The notes below the pieces were generated by a model. It ran no database searches. It had not been told where the DNA came from and was given only the letters and a program-made list of their open reading frames with translations. 64,000 bases of DNA from Octopus bimaculoides (lineage: Eukaryota), in assembly GCF_001194135.2 (NCBI RefSeq), contig NC_068992.1, positions 65,607,413 through 65,671,412 of the forward strand. Direction: 5' to 3'. Of this stretch, positions 62,536 to 64,000 are shown in pieces. Positions within the stretch are counted from its first letter, which is position 1. Each line of letters begins with the position of its first letter. The translations under genes were made by a program, and so were the position numbers.

Positions 62536-62582
<47 letters not shown>

Positions 62583-63834
62583 TGTTACAGTCTTTTATAT
62601 TTAATTTATTATTTTATACATACTGAGCGGGGTGTAAACAGCTTCGTCTTACAATCCACAGATTATCAGACACCAACATTTAAAACAAGCAACAAATATT
62701 TAACACGCAAATCGAAAAATAAATTAAAATAAATTTATTCGAAATATCTAAGTTGTTCACCTCTTTAAATGTCTCAGATTTATAACACAAGCGGAAGTGA
62801 AATTTTTCTATATTTATACTTGTACCATTGGCAAGTGTGTGATTACTGAAGTAACCTGGTGAAATCTAGGATTCGATCTGATATTCTATCTCTAATTCGA
62901 AGGAGCTCACTCCACAAATCATAGACTCATACAAACACATACATGCATATTTATGATCTATATTTTATAAAGCGACTGACAAAAGGCTTCCCATTTGCGG
63001 CATTTAAATACATCTCTTTACGTTCTCAGATCACATACTTCCGGGATTGAATTGGGCCTCTCATTTTATTAGCCAAGTATTAGTATATATAACCATTCCC
63101 CCAGTGAACTATTTCACATGTATCCTTTTTAGAAAACGTTATAATTTAATTTCAATAAAAGCAAGTTTATATTGATTCCTCTTATGTCTTGGAGCAATTT
63201 CGTACTGAACGCCATCTTGAATGTGATTGTTTCTTGTTCAAAATATTTTTACCAACAAATACCGAACTTACGTTAACACTGAAAATAATTTTTTTGTAAA
63301 TTGAATGTCTGAAACTGAATGTCAGGTATGGCAGACGAACTTCCGTGTCCTGAAACGGCACGATTTGGAAGAGATAGGCGACAGAATTGTTAAGAGATTT
63401 GGAGATGCTTCATATATTTTTGTAACTAAATCGATGACACATACACACAGATACACACACCCACACACGTACGCATGTATNNNNNNNNNNNNNNNNNNNN
63501 NNNNNNNNNNNNNNNNNNNNNNNNNNNNNNNNNNNNNNNNNNNNNNNNNNNNNNNNNNNNNNNNNNNNNNNNNNNNNNNNNNNNNNNNNNNNNNNNNNNN
63601 NNNNNNNNNNNNNNNNNNNNNNNNNNNNNNNNNNNNNNNNNNNNNNNNNNNNNNNNNNNNNNNNNNNNNNNNNNNNNNNNNNNNNNNNNNNNNNNNNNNN
63701 NNNNNNNNNNNNNNNNNNNNNNNNNNNNNNNNNNNNNNNNNNNNNNNNNNNNNNNNNNNNTATATATATATATATATACATATGCGTGTGTTTGTATATA
63801 TATTTATACATACATATATGTATTATATATCCAT

Positions 63835-63882
<48 letters not shown>

Positions 63883-64000
63883 ATATATATGTATGTATGC
63901 ATATGTGTATGCGTGCGTGTGTATACATATATACATGTTTTTGATTTCATAAATGAAACACAGTAGCAGAATTTCTCGTCCTTCCTCTTCCATCGTATAT

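Noticed and set aside
63305-63435. Protein-like frame MSETECQVWQTNFRVLKRHDLEEIGDRIVKRFGDASY
   Set aside because: Short, runs into a microsatellite and gap, no acceptor and no recognisable family.

Overview
AT-rich eukaryotic non-coding DNA from a gapped short-read assembly. There are 19 N-runs (about 6.8 kb in total), most bordered by (TA)n or (TG)n tracts. The microsatellite density and the three recurrent tRNA-derived SINE families look like an octopod cephalopod genome; this is inference from recalled repeat families, not a search. I cannot support any intact protein-coding gene. Almost all ORFs in the track are translations of microsatellites or N-runs. What is supportable: (1) about 20 copies or fragments of three tRNA-SINE families, labelled A, B and C here; (2) decayed mariner transposase pieces and a mariner MITE; (3) CR1/Jockey-group LINE ORF2 relics; (4) several long near-perfect palindromic MITE-like elements; (5) five short elements in three families carrying minimal type-I hammerhead-ribozyme-like motifs of the kind known from Penelope-like retroelements. 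One of these five is fused to a tRNA B-box and carries an inverted partial copy of itself. The hammerhead-bearing elements are the most interesting signal. Weaker candidates are a CRE + CArG regulatory module near 19.43 kb and a 30-nt frame-preserving microexon on the minus strand at 57937-57966. All coordinates were counted by hand and may be off by a few bases.
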